Shown here piece by piece: positions 1 to 13,800 of a stretch of 64,000 nt of DNA. The stretch spans positions 248,248,001 to 248,312,000 of the forward strand of contig OZ024741.1 of the NCBI GenBank assembly GCA_964016885.1, given 5' to 3'. The position numbers were made by a program, and so were the translations under genes. Every line of letters starts with the position of its first letter. The first letter of the stretch is position 1. The notes below the pieces were generated by a model. It made no database searches. It saw only the letters and a list, made by a program, of their open reading frames with translations, and was not told the origin of the DNA. The DNA comes from Eledone cirrhosa. Taxonomy: Eukaryota.

Positions 1-39
1 TTAACTCCCGCTGATATTTTTTTACAAATTAGCTCCCCC

Positions 40-3000
40 TGATTTTTTTTTTCAAATTATCTCCCCCTGATTTTTTTCACAAATTATCTCCCCCTGATTT
101 TTTTTACAAATTATCTCCCCTGATTTTAAAAAAAAAATTATCTCCCCTTGGACGGCTGGAAATTATCGCCCCCTGATTTTTTTTAACAAATTATCACCAC
201 CTGATTTTTTTTACAAATCATCTCCGCCTGATTTTTTTAAAATATTATCTCCCTTGGCTTGCTGGAAATTATCTCCCCTTGGACGGCTATAAATTATCTC
301 TCCTTCGACGGCTGGAAATTATCTCCCCTTGATTTTTTTACAAATTATCTCCCCCTGATTTTTTTTTACCAATCTACCCCTGATTTAAAAAAAAAAATTA
401 TCTCCCCTTCGCTGGCTGGAAATTATCTCCCCTTGGACGGCTGGAAATTATCTCCCCTTGATTTTTTTTACAAATTATCTACCCCTGATTTTTTTACAAA
501 TTATCTCCCCCTGATTTTTTTTTACAAATTATCTCCCCCTGATTTTTTTTTTTTACAAATTATCTCCGCCTGATTTTTTTAAAATTATCTCCCCTTGGCT
601 GGATGGAAATTATCTCCCCTTGGACGGCTGGAAATTATCTCCCCTTGGAAGGATGGAAATTATCTCCCCTTGGACGGCTGGAAATTATCTCCCCTTGCAC
701 GGCTGGAAATTATCTCCCCTTGGACGGCTAGAAATTACCTCTCCTTGGACGGCTGAAAATTATCTCCCCTTGGACGGCTGGAAATTATCTCCCCCTGATT
801 TTTTTTACAAATTATCTCCCCTTGCACGGCTGGAAATTATCTCCCCTTGGACGGCTGGAAATTATCTGCCCTTGATTTAGTTTTTACAAATTATCTCCCC
901 CTGATTTTTTTTACAAATTATCTCCACCTGATATTTTAAAAAATTATCTCCCCTTGGACGGCTGGAAATTATCTCCCCTTGGCTGGAAATTATCTCCCCT
1001 TGGACGGCTAGAAATTATCTCTCTTTGGACGGCTGGAAATTATCTCCCCTTGATTCTTTTTACAAATTATCTCCCCCTGATTTTTTTTACAAATCTACCA
1101 TTGATTTTTTAAAAAAAATTATCTCCCCTTCGCTGGCTGGAAATTATCTCCCCTTGGACGCTGGAAATTATAGCCCCTTGGAGGCTGGAAATTATCTTCC
1201 CTTGGACGGCTGGAAATTATCTCCCCTTGATTTTTTTTACAAATTATCTCCCCCTGATTTTTTTTTTACAAATTATATCCGCCTGAATTTTTTTAAAAAA
1301 TGATCTCCCCTTGGACGGCTGGAAATTATCTCCCCTTGGACGGCTGGAAATGATCTCCCCTTGGACGGCTAGAAATTACCTCTCCTTGGACGGCTGAAAA
1401 TTATCTCCCCTTGATTTTTTTTACAAATTATCTCCCCCTGATTTGTTTTTTTACAAATTATCTCCCCCTGATTTTATTTTACATATTATCTACCCCTGAT
1501 TTTTTTTTACAAATTATCTCCCTGACTTTTTTACAAATTATCTCCCCCTGATTTTTTTTTTACAAATTATCTCCCCCTGATTTATTTTACAAATTATCTC
1601 CGCCTGATTTTTTTAAATATTATCTTCCCTTGGAAATAATCTCCCCTTGGACGGCTGGAAATTATCTCCCCTTGGAAGGATGGAAATTATCTCCCCTTGG
1701 ACGGCTGGAAATTATCTCCCCTTGCACGGCTGGAAATTATCTCCCCTTGGACGGCTAGAAATTATCTCTCTTTGGACGGCTGGAAATTATCTCCCCTTGA
1801 TTTTTTTTACAAATTATCTCCCCCTGATTTTTTTTACAAATCTCCCAGTGATTTTTTAAAAAAAATTATCTCCCTTTCGCTGGCTGGAAATTATAGCCCC
1901 TTGGAGGGCTGGAAATTATCTTCCCTTGGACGGCAAGAAATTATCTCCCCTTGATTTTTTTACATATTATCTCCCCCTGATTTTTTTTTACAAATTATCT
2001 CCCCCTGATTTTTTTTTTACAAATTATCTCCGCCTGATTTTTTAAAAAAAATTATCTCCCCTTGGACGGCTGGAAATTATCTCCCCTTGGACGGCTGGAA
2101 ATTATCTCCCCTTGGACGGCTAGAAATTACCTCTCCTTGGACGGCTGAAAATTATCTCCCCTTGGACGCTGGAAATTATAGCCCCTTGGAGGCTGGAAAT
2201 TATCTTCCCTTGGACGGCTGGAAATTATCTCCCCTTGATTTTTTTTACAAATTATCTCCCCCTGATTTTTTTTTACAAATTATCTCCCCCTGATTTTTTT
2301 TTTACAAATTATATCCGCCTGATTTTTTTTTAAAAATGATCTCCCCTTGGACGGCTGGAAATGATCTCCCCTTAATTTTTTTTACAAATTATCTCCCCCT
2401 GATTTTTTTTTTTACAAATTATCTCCCCCTGATTTTATTTTACATATTATCTACCCCTGATTTTTTTTCACAAATTATCTCCCTGACTTTTTTACAAATT
2501 ATCTCCCCCTGATTTTTTTTTTACAAATTATCTCCCCCTGATTTATTTTACAAATTATCTCCGCCTGATTTTTTTAAATATTATCTTCCCTTGGAAATAA
2601 TCTCCCCTTGGACGGCTGGAAATTATCTCCCCTTGGAAGGATGGAAATTATCTCCCCTTGGACGGCTGGAAATTATCTCCCCTTGCACGGCTGGAAATTA
2701 TCTCCCCTTGGACGGCTAGAAATTATCTCTCTTTGGACGGCTGGAAATTATCTCCCCTTGATTTTTTTTACAAATTATCTCCCCCTGATTTTTTTTACAA
2801 ATCTCCCAGTGATTTTTAAAAAAAAATTATCTCCCTTTCGCTGGCTGGAAATTATCTCCCCTTGGACGCTGGAAATTATAGCCCCTTGGAGGGCTGGAAA
2901 TTATCTTCCCTTGGACGGCTGGAAATTATCTCCCCTTGATTTTTTTACATATTATCTCCACCTGATTTTTTTTTACAAATTATCTCCCCGATTTTTTTTT

Positions 3001-6000
3001 ACAAATTATCTCCCCCTGATTTTTTTTTTACAAATTATCTCCGCCTGATTTTTTTAAAAAAATTATCTCCCCTTGGACGGCTGGAAATTATCTCCCCTTG
3101 GACGGCTGGAAATTATCTCCCCTTGGACGGCTAGAAATTACCTCTCCTTGGACGGCTGAAAATTATCTCCCCTTGGACGGCTGGAAAATATTTCCCCTTG
3201 ATTTTTTTACAAATTATCTCCCCCTGATTTTTTTTACAAATTATCTCCCCCTGATTTTTTTTTTACAAATTATCTCCCCCTGATTTTTTTTTACAAATTA
3301 TCTCCCCCTGATTTTTTTACAAATAATCTCCCCTTGGCTGGCTGGAAATTATCTCCCCTTGGAGGCTGGAATTTATCTCCCCTTGGACGGCTGGAAATTA
3401 TCTCCCCTTGGACGGCTAGAAATTACCTCTCCTTGGACGGCTGGAAATTATCTTCCCTTGAACGGCTGGAAATTATCTCCCCTTGGACGGCTGGAAATGA
3501 TCTCCCCTTGGACGGCTGGAAATTATCTCCCCTTGGAAGGATGGAAATTATCTCCCCTTGGACGGCTGGAAATTATCTCCCCTTGCACGGCTGGAAATTA
3601 TCTCCCCTTGGACGGCTAGAAATTATCTCTCTTTGGACGGCTGGAAATTATCTCCCCTTGATTTTTTTTACAAATTATCTCCCCCTGATTTTTTTTACAA
3701 ATCTCCCAGTGATTTTTAAAAAAAAATTATCTCCCTTTCGCTGGCTGGAAATTATAGCCCCTTGGAGGGCTGGAAATTATCTTCCCTTGGACGGCAAGAA
3801 ATTATCTCCCCTTGATTTTTTTACATATTATCTCCCCCTGATTTTTTTTTATAAATTATCTCCCCCTGATTTTTTTTTTACAAATTATCTCCGCCTGATT
3901 TTTTTAAAAAAATTATCTCCCCTTGGACGGCTGGAAATTATCTCCCCTTGGACGGCTGGAAATTATCTCCCCTTGGACGGCTAGAAATTACCTCTCCTTG
4001 GACGGCTGAAAATTATCTCCCCTTGGACGCTGGAAATTATAGCCCCTTGGAGGCTGGAAATTATCTTCCCTTGGACGGCTGGAAATTATCTCCCCTTGAT
4101 TTTTTTTACAAATTATCTCCCCCTGATTTTTTTTTACAAATTATCTCCCCCTGATTTTTTTTTTCAAATTATCTCCCCCTGATTTTTTTCACAAATTATC
4201 TCCCCCTGATTTTTTTTACAAATTATCTCCCCTGATTTTAAAAAAAAAATTATCTCCCCTTGGACGGCTGGAAATTATCGCCCCCTGATTTTTTTTAACA
4301 AATTATCACCACCTGATTTTTTTTACAAATCATCTCCGCCTGATTTTTTTAAAATATTATCTCCCTTGGCTTGCTGGAAATTATCTCCCCTTGGACGGCT
4401 ATAAATTATCTCTCCTTCGACGGCTGGAAATTATCTCCCCTTGATTTTTTTACAAATTATCTCCCCCTGATTTTTTTTTACCAATCTACCCCTGATTTAA
4501 AAAAAAAAATTATCTCCCCTTCGCTGGCTGGAAATTATCTCCCCTTGGACGGCTGGAAATTATCTCCCCTTGATTTTTTTTACAAATTATCTACCCCTGA
4601 TTTTTTTACAAATTATCTCCCCCTGATTTTTTTTTACAAATTATCTCCCCCTGATTTTTTTTTTTTACAAATTATCTCCGCCTGATTTTTTTAAAATTAT
4701 CTCCCCTTGGCTGGATGGAAATTATCTCCCCTTGGACGGCTGGAAATTATCTCCCCTTGGAAGGATGGAAATTATCTCCCCTTGGACGGCTGGAAATTAT
4801 CTCCCCTTGCACGGCTGGAAATTATCTCCCCTTGGACGGCTAGAAATTACCTCTCCTTGGACGGCTGAAAATTATCTCCCCTTGGACGGCTGGAAATTAT
4901 CTCCCCCTGATTTTTTTTACAAATTATCTCCCCTTGCACGGCTGGAAATTATCTCCCCTTGGACGGCTGGAAATTATCTGCCCTTGATTTAGTTTTTACA
5001 AATTATCTCCCCCTGATTTTTTTTACAAATTATCTCCACCTGATATTTTAAAAAATTATCTCCCCTTGGACGGCTGGAAATTATCTCCCCTTGGCTGGAA
5101 ATTATCTCCCCTTGGACGGCTAGAAATTATCTCTCTTTGGACGGCTGGAAATTATCTCCCCTTGATTCTTTTTACAAATTATCTCCCCCTGATTTTTTTT
5201 ACAAATCTACCATTGATTTTTTAAAAAAAATTATCTCCCCTTCGCTGGCTGGAAATTATCTCCCCTTGGACGCTGGAAATTATAGCCCCTTGGAGGCTGG
5301 AAATTATCTTCCCTTGGACGGCTGGAAATTATCTCCCCTTGATTTTTTTTACAAATTATCTCCCCCTGATTTTTTTTTTACAAATTATATCCGCCTGAAT
5401 TTTTTTAAAAAATGATCTCCCCTTGGACGGCTGGAAATTATCTCCCCTTGGACGGCTGGAAATGATCTCCCCTTGGACGGCTAGAAATTACCTCTCCTTG
5501 GACGGCTGAAAATTATCTCCCCTTGATTTTTTTTACAAATTATCTCCCCCTGATTTGTTTTTTTACAAATTATCTCCCCCTGATTTTATTTTACATATTA
5601 TCTACCCCTGATTTTTTTTTACAAATTATCTCCCTGACTTTTTTACAAATTATCTCCCCCTGATTTTTTTTTTACAAATTATCTCCCCCTGATTTATTTT
5701 ACAAATTATCTCCGCCTGATTTTTTTAAATATTATCTTCCCTTGGAAATAATCTCCCCTTGGACGGCTGGAAATTATCTCCCCTTGGAAGGATGGAAATT
5801 ATCTCCCCTTGGACGGCTGGAAATTATCTCCCCTTGCACGGCTGGAAATTATCTCCCCTTGGACGGCTAGAAATTATCTCTCTTTGGACGGCTGGAAATT
5901 ATCTCCCCTTGATTTTTTTTACAAATTATCTCCCCCTGATTTTTTTTACAAATCTCCCAGTGATTTTTTAAAAAAAATTATCTCCCTTTCGCTGGCTGGA

Positions 6001-7300
6001 AATTATCTCCCCTTGGACGCTGGAAATTATAGCCCCTTGGAGGGCTGGAAATTATCTTCCCTTGGACGGCTGGAAATTATCTCCCCTTGATTTTTTTACA
6101 TATTATCTCCACCTGATTTTTTTTTACAAATTATCTCCCCGATTTTTTTTTACAAATTATCTCCCCCTGATTTTTTTTTTACAAATTATCTCCGCCTGAT
6201 TTTTTTAAAAAAATTATCTCCCCTTGGACGGCTGGAAATTATCTCCCCTTGGACGGCTGGAAATTATCTCCCCTTGGACGGCTAGAAATTACCTCTCCTT
6301 GGACGGCTGAAAATTATCTCCCCTTGGACGGCTGGAAAATATTTCCCCTTGATTTTTTTACAAATTATCTCCCCCTGATTTTTTTTACAAATTATCTCCC
6401 CCTGATTTTTTTTTTACAAATTATCTCCCCCTGATTTTTTTTTACAAATTATCTCCCCCTGATTTTTTTACAAATAATCTCCCCTTGGCTGGCTGGAAAT
6501 TATCTCCCCTTGGAGGCTGGAATTTATCTCCCCTTGGACGGCTGGAAATTATCTCCCCTTGGACGGCTAGAAATTACCTCTCCTTGGACGGCTGGAAATT
6601 ATCTTCCCTTGAACGGCTGGAAATTATCTCCCCTTGGACGGCTGGAAATGATCTCCCCTTGGACGGCTGGAAATTATCTCCCCTTGGAAGGATGGAAATT
6701 ATCTCCCCTTGGACGGCTGGAAATTATCTCCCCTTGCACGGCTGGAAATTATCTCCCCTTGGACGGCTAGAAATTATCTCTCTTTGGACGGCTGGAAATT
6801 ATCTCCCCTTGATTTTTTTTACAAATTATCTCCCCCTGATTTTTTTTACAAATCTCCCAGTGATTTTTAAAAAAAAATTATCTCCCTTTCGCTGGCTGGA
6901 AATTATAGCCCCTTGGAGGGCTGGAAATTATCTTCCCTTGGACGGCAAGAAATTATCTCCCCTTGATTTTTTTACATATTATCTCCCCCTGATTTTTTTT
7001 TATAAATTATCTCCCCCTGATTTTTTTTTTACAAATTATCTCCGCCTGATTTTTTTAAAAAAATTATCTCCCCTTGGACGGCTGGAAATTATCTCCCCTT
7101 GGACGGCTGGAAATTATCTCCCCTTGGACGGCTAGAAATTACCTCTCCTTGGACGGCTGAAAATTATCTCCCCTTGGACGCTGGAAATTATAGCCCCTTG
7201 GAGGCTGGAAATTATCTTCCCTTGGACGGCTGGAAATTATCTCCCCTTGATTTTTTTTACAAATTATCTCCCCCTGATTTTTTTTTACAAATTATCTCCC
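40..7300 (+). repeat. Tandem duplication of a ~4.1 kb block; the second copy (~4,150-7,300) lacks one 961 bp internal repeat
   Basis: ORF offsets are 4,112 (259/4371, 620/4732, 1025/5137, 1647/5759) and then 3,151 (3098/6249, 3334/6485, 3948/7099). 4,112-3,151=961, which equals the 1647/2608 internal offset. Confidence 0.85.
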
Positions 7301-9359
7301 CCTGATTTTTTTTTTACAAATTATATCCGCCTGATTTTTTTTTAAAAATGATCTCCCCTTGGACGGCTGGAAATTATCTCCCCTTGGACGGCTGGAAATG
7401 ATCTCCCCTTGGACGGCAAGAAATTACCTCTCCTTGGACGGCTGAAAATTATCTCCCCTTAATTTTTTTTACAAATTATCTCCCCCTGATTTTTTTTTTT
7501 ACAAATTATCTCCCCCTGATTTTATTTTACATATTATCTACCCCTGATTTTTTTTCACAAATTATCTCCCTGACTTTTTTACAAATTATCTCCCCCTGAT
7601 TTTTTTTTTACAAATTATCTCCCCCTGATTTATTTTACAAATTATCTCCGCCTGATTTTTTTAAATATTATCTTCCCTTGGAAATAATCTCCCCTTGGAC
7701 GGCTGGAAATTATCTCCCCTTGGAAGGTTGGAAATTATCTCCCCTTGGACGGCTGGAAATTATCTCCCCTTGCACGGCTGGAAATTATCTCCCCTTGGAC
7801 GGCTAGAAATTATCTCTCTTTGGAGGCTGGAAATTATCTCCCCTTGATTTTTTTTACAAATTATCTCCCCCTGATTTTTTTTACAAATCTCCAAGTGATT
7901 TTTAAAAAAAAATTATCTCCCTTTCGCTGGCTGGAAATTATCTCCCCTTGGACGCTGGAAATTATAGCCCCTTGGAGGGCTGGAAATTATCTTCCCTTGG
8001 ACGGCTGGAAATTATCTCCCCTTGATTTTTTTACATATTATCTCCACCTGATTTTTTTTTACAAATTATCTCCCCGATTTTTTTTTACAAATTATCTCCC
8101 CCTGATTTTTTTTTTACAAATTATCTCCGCCTGATTTTTTTAAAAAAATTATCTCCCCTTGGACCGCTGGAAATTATCTCCCCTTGGACGGCTGGAAATT
8201 ATCTCCCCTTGGACGGCTAGAAATTACCTCTCCTTGGACGGCTGAAAATTATCTCCCCTTGGACGGCTGGAAAATATTTCCCCTTGATTTTTTTACAAAT
8301 TATCTCCCCCTGATTTTTTTTACAAATTATCTCCCCCTGATTTTTTTTTTACAAATTATCTCCCCCTGATTTTTTTTTACAAATTATCTCCCCCTGATTT
8401 TTTTACAAATTATCTCCCCTTGGCTGGCTGGAAATTATCTCCCCTTGGAGGCTGGAATTTATCTCCCCTTGGACGGCTGGAAATTATCTCCCCTTGGACG
8501 GCTAGAAATTACCTCTCCTTGGACGGCTGGAAATTATCTTCCCTTGAACGGCTGGAAATTATCTCCCCTTGGACGGCTGGAAATGATCTCCCCTTGGACG
8601 GCTGGAAATTATCTCCCCTTGGACGGCTAGAAATTACCTCTCCTTCGACGGCTGGAAATTATCTCCCCTTGGACGGCTGGAAATTATCTCCCCTTGGACG
8701 GCTGGAAATTATTTCCCCTTGATTTTTTTTACAAATTATCTCCCCCTGATTTTTTTTACAAATCTCCCCCTAATTTAAAAAAAAATTATCTCCCCTTCGC
8801 TGGCTGGAAATTATCTCCCTTTGGACGGCTGGAAATTATAGCTGCTTGTAGGGCTGGAAATTATCTCCTCTTGGACGGCTGGAAATTATCTCCCCTTGAT
8901 TTTTTTTACTAATTATCTCCCCCTGATTTTTTTTTACAAATTATCTCCGCCTGATTTTTTAAAAAAAATTATCTCCCCTTGGCTGGATGGAAATTTTCTC
9001 CCCTTGGACGGCTGGAAATTATCTCCCCTTTATGTCTTCTACAAATTATCTTCCCCTGATTTTTTTTTTACAAACTATCTCTGCCTGATTTTTTTTACAA
9101 ATATCTCCCCTTGGCTGGCTGGAAATTATCTCCCCTTGGCTGGCTGGAAATTATCTCCCCTTGGGCGGCTGGAAATTATCTCCCCTTGGACGCCTAGAAA
9201 TTACCTCTACTTGGACAGCTGTAAATTATCTCCCCTTGGACGGCTGGAAATTATCTCGACTTGGACGGCTGGAAATTATCTCCCCTTGATTTTGTATACA
9301 AATTATCTCCCCCTGATATTTTTTTACAAATTATCTGCCCCTGATTATTTTTTTACAAA

Positions 9360-10530
9360 TTAGCTCCGCCTGATTTTTTTTAAAAATTATCTCCCCTTGG
9401 ACGGCTGGAAATTATCTCCCCTTGGACGGCTGGAAATTATCTCCCCTTGAACGGCTAGAAATTACCTCTCCTTGGACGGCTGAAAATTATCTCCCCTTGG
9501 ACGGCTGGAAATTATCTCACCTTGATTTTTTACAAATTATCTCCCCCTGATTTTTTTTACAAATTATCTCCCCCTGATTTTTTTTACAAATTATCTACCC
9601 CTGATTTTTTTTACAAATCTCCCAGTGATTTTTAAAAAAAAATTATCTCCCCTTCGCTGGCTGGAAATTATCTCCCCTTGGACGCTGGAAATTATAGCCC
9701 CTTGGAGGGCTGGAAGTTATCTTTCCCTGGAGGGCTGGAAATTATCTTCCCTTGGACGGCTGGAAATTATCTCCCCTTGATTTTTTTTACAAATTATCTC
9801 CCACTGATTTTTTTTTACAAATTATCTCCCCCTGATTTTTTTTTACAAATTATCTCCGCCTGATTTTTTTTAAAAATTATCTCCCCTTGGACGGCTGGAA
9901 ATTATCTCCCCTTGGACGGCTGGAAATTATCTCCCCTTGAACGGCTAGAAATTACCTCTCCTTGGACGGCTGGAAATTATCTCCCCTTGGACGGCTAGAA
10001 ATTACCTCTCCTTGGACGGCTGAAAATTATCTTCCCTTGGACGGCTGGAAATTATCTCCCCTTGATTTTTTTTTACAAATTATCTCCCCCTGATTTTTTT
10101 TTACAAATTATCTACCCCTGATTTTTTTTTACAAATTATCTACCCCTGATTTTTTTTACAAATCTCCCAGTGATTTTTAAAAAAAAATTATCTCCCCTTC
10201 GCTGGCTGGAAATTATCTCCCCTTGGACGCTGGAAATTATAGCCCCTTGGAGGGCTGGAAGTTATCTTTCCCTGGAGGGCTGGAAATTATCTTCCCTTGG
10301 ACGGCTGGAAATTATCTCCCCTTGATTTTTTTTACAAATTATCTCCCACTGATTTTTTTTTACAAATTATCTCCCCCTGATTTTTTTTTACAAATTATCT
10401 CCGCCTGATTTTTTTTTAAAATTATCTCCCCTTGGACGGCTGGAAATTATCTCCCCTTGGACGGCTGGAAATTATCTCCCCTTGAACGGCTAGAAATTAC
10501 CTCTCCTTGGACGGCTGGAAATTATCTCCC
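9360..10530 (+). repeat. 545 bp tandem higher-order repeat (2 copies; boundaries approximate)
   Basis: Identical ORFs at 9678 and 10223; the rare variant gaagttatctttccctggaggg occurs twice. Confidence 0.8.
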
Positions 10531-10879
10531 CTTGGACGGCTAGAAATTACCTCTCCTTGGACGGCTGAAAATTATCTTCCCTTGGACGGCTGGAAATTAT
10601 CTCCCCTTGATTTTTTTTTACAAATTATCTCCCCCTGATTTTTTTTTACAAATTATCTACCCCTGATTTTTTTTTACAAATTATCTACGCCTGATTTTTT
10701 TTTCCAAATTATCTCCCCCTGTTTTTTTTTACAAATTATTTCCCCCTGATTTTTTTACAAATTATCTCCGCCTGATTTTTTTAAATATTATCTTCCCTTG
10801 GCTGGCGGGAAATTATCTCCCCTTGGACGCCTGGAAATTATCTCCCCTTGGAAGGAAGGAAATTATCTCCCCTTGGACG

Positions 10880-13800
10880 GCTGGAAATTATCTGCACTTG
10901 ATTTTGTTTTTACAAATTATCTTCCCCTGATTTTTTTTACAAATTATCTCCACCTGATTTTTTAAAAAATTATCTCTCCTTGGACGGCTGGAAATTATCT
11001 CCCCTTGGCTGGAAATTATCTCCCCTTGGACGACTAGAAATTATCTCTCTTTGGACGGCTGGAAATTATCTCCCCTTGATTTTTTTACAAATTATCTCCC
11101 CCTGATTTTTTTTTTACAAATTATCTCCCCCTGATTTTTTTTTTACAAATTATCTCCCCCTGATTTTTTTACAAATTATCTCCCCCTGATTTATTTTACA
11201 AATTATCTCCGCCTGATTTTTTTAAATATCATCTTCCCTTGGCTGGCGGGAAATAATCTCCCCTTGGACGGCTGGAAATTATCTCCCCTTGGAAGGATGG
11301 AAATTATCTCCCCTTGGACGGCTGGAAATTATCTCCCCTTGCACGGCTGGAAATTATCTCCCCTTGGACGGCTGGAAATTATCTCCCCTTGGCTGGAAAT
11401 TATCTCCCATTGGACGGCTAGAAATTATCTCTCTTTGGACGGCTGGAAATTATCTCCCCTTGATTTTTTTTACAAATTATCTCCCCCTGATTTTTTTTAC
11501 AAATCTCCCAGTGATTTTTTAAAAAAATTATCTCCCCTTCGCTGGCTGGAAATTATCTCCCCTTGGACGCTGGAAATTATAGCCCCTTGGAGGGCTGGAA
11601 GTTATCTTCCCTTGGAGGGCTGGAAATTATCTTCCCTTGGACGGCTGGAAATTATCTCCCCTTGATTTTTTTTTAATTATCTCCCCCTGATTTTTTTTAC
11701 AAATTATCTGCCCGATTTTTTTTAAAAAATTATCTCCGCCTGAATTTTTTTTTAAATTATCTCTCCTTGGACGGCTGGAAATTATCTCCCCTTGATTTTT
11801 TTTTACAAATTATCTCCCCCTGATTTTTTTTTACAAATTATCTCCCCCTGATTTTTTTTTACAAATTATCTCCCCCTGATTTTTTTTAAAAATTATCTCC
11901 CCCTGATTTTTTTTTACAAATTATCGCCCCCTGATTTTTTTACAAATTATCTCCCCCTGATTTTTTTTTCAAATTATCTCCGCCTGATTTTTTTAAATAT
12001 TATCTTCCCTTGGCTGGCGGGAAATTATCTCCCCTTGGACGGCTGGAAATTATCTCCCCTTGCACTGCTGGAAATTATCTCCCCTTGGACGGCTGGAAAT
12101 TATCTGCCCTTGATTTTGTTTTTACAAATTATCTCCCCTTGGACGGCTGGAAATTATGTCCCCTTGGCTGGAAATTATCTCCCCTTGGACGGCTAGAAAT
12201 TATCTCTCTTTGGACGGCTGGAAATTATCTCCCCTTGATTGTTTTTACAAATTATCTCCCCCTGATTTTTTTTTACAAATTATCTCCCCCTGATTTTTTT
12301 TACAACTTATCTCCGCCTGATTTTTTAAAAAAAATTATCTCCCCTTGGACGGCTGGAAATTATCTCCCCTTGGACGGCTGGAAATTATCTCTCCTTGGAC
12401 GGCTAGAAATTACCTCTCCTTGGACGGCTGAAAATTATCTCCCCTTGGACGGCTGGAAATTATCTCCCCTTGTTTTTTTTTACAAATTATCTCCCCCTGA
12501 TTTTTTTTTACAAATTATCTCCCCCTGATTTTTTTTACAAATTATCTCCCCCTGATTTTTTTTTACAAATTATCTCCCCCTGATTTTTTTTACAAATTAT
12601 ATACCCTTGGCTGGCTGGAAATTATCTCCCCTTGGAGGCTGGAATTTATCTCCCCTTGGACGGCTAGAAATTACCTCTCCTTGGACGGCTGGAAATTATG
12701 TCTCCTTGGACGGCTGGAAATTATCTCCGCTTGGACGGCTGGAAATTATCTCCCCTTGGACGGCTGGAAATTATCTCCCCTTGGACGGCTAGATATTACC
12801 TCTCCTTGGACGGCTGGAAATTATCTGCCCTTGGACGGCTGGAAATTATCTCCCTTTGGACGGCTGGAAATTATTTCCCCTTGATTTTTTTTACAAATTA
12901 TCTCCCCCATATTTTTTTTACAAATCTCCACCTAATTAAAAAAAAAATTATCTCCCCTTCGCTGGCTGGAAATTATCTTCCTTTGGACGGCTGGAAATTA
13001 TAGCCGCTTGTAGGGCTGGAAATTATCTCCCCTTGGACGGCTGGAAATTATCTCCCCTTGATTTTTTTTACTAAGTATCTCACCCTGATTTTTTTTTACA
13101 AATTATCTCCGCCTGATTTTTAAAAAAAAATTATCTCCCCTTGGCTGGATGGAAATTATCTCCCCTTGGACGGCTGGAAATTATCTGCCCTTGATTTCTT
13201 CTACAAATTATCTACCCCTGATTTTTTTTTTACAAATTATCTCTCCCTGATTTTTTTTTACAAATATCTCCCCTTGGCTGGCTGGAAATTAACTCCCCCT
13301 GATTTTTTTTACAAATTATCTCCCCTGATTTAAAAAAAAAATTATCTCCCCTTGGACGGCTGGAAATTATCGCGCCCTGATTTTTTTTAACAAATTATCT
13401 CCACTTGATTTTTTTTACAAATCATCTCCGCCTGATTTTTTTTAAATATTATCTCCCTTGGCTTGCTGGAAATTATCTCCCCTTGGACGGCTATAAATTA
13501 TCTCTCCTTCGACGGCTGGAAATTATCTCCCCTTGATTTTTTTACAAATTATCTCCCCTTGATTTTTTTTTACCAATCTACCCCTGATTTAAAAAAAAAA
13601 ATTATCTCCCCTTCGCTGGCTGGAAATTATCTCCCCTTGGACGGCTGGAAATTATCTCCCCTTGATTTTTTTTACAAATTATCTACCCCTGATTTTTTTA
13701 CAAATTATCTCCCCCTGATTTTTTTTTACAAATTATCTCCCCTGATTTTTTTTTTTTACAAATTATCTCCGCCTGATTTTTTAAAAATTATCTCCCCTTG

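Larger units (their letters stand above)
1..11150 (+). repeat. Long segmental duplicate, copy 1, of ~23,488-30,940; carries extra internal duplications of 3,151 bp and 545 bp
   Basis: Rare variant ttaactcccgctgatat occurs at 1 and 23,488. Identical ORFs are offset by 23,487 (259/23746, 3334/26821, 3948/27435), then by 20,336 (7745/28081, 8896/29232, 9678/30014). The variant ttatctacgcctga is offset by 19,791 (10,681/30,472). Confidence 0.9.
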
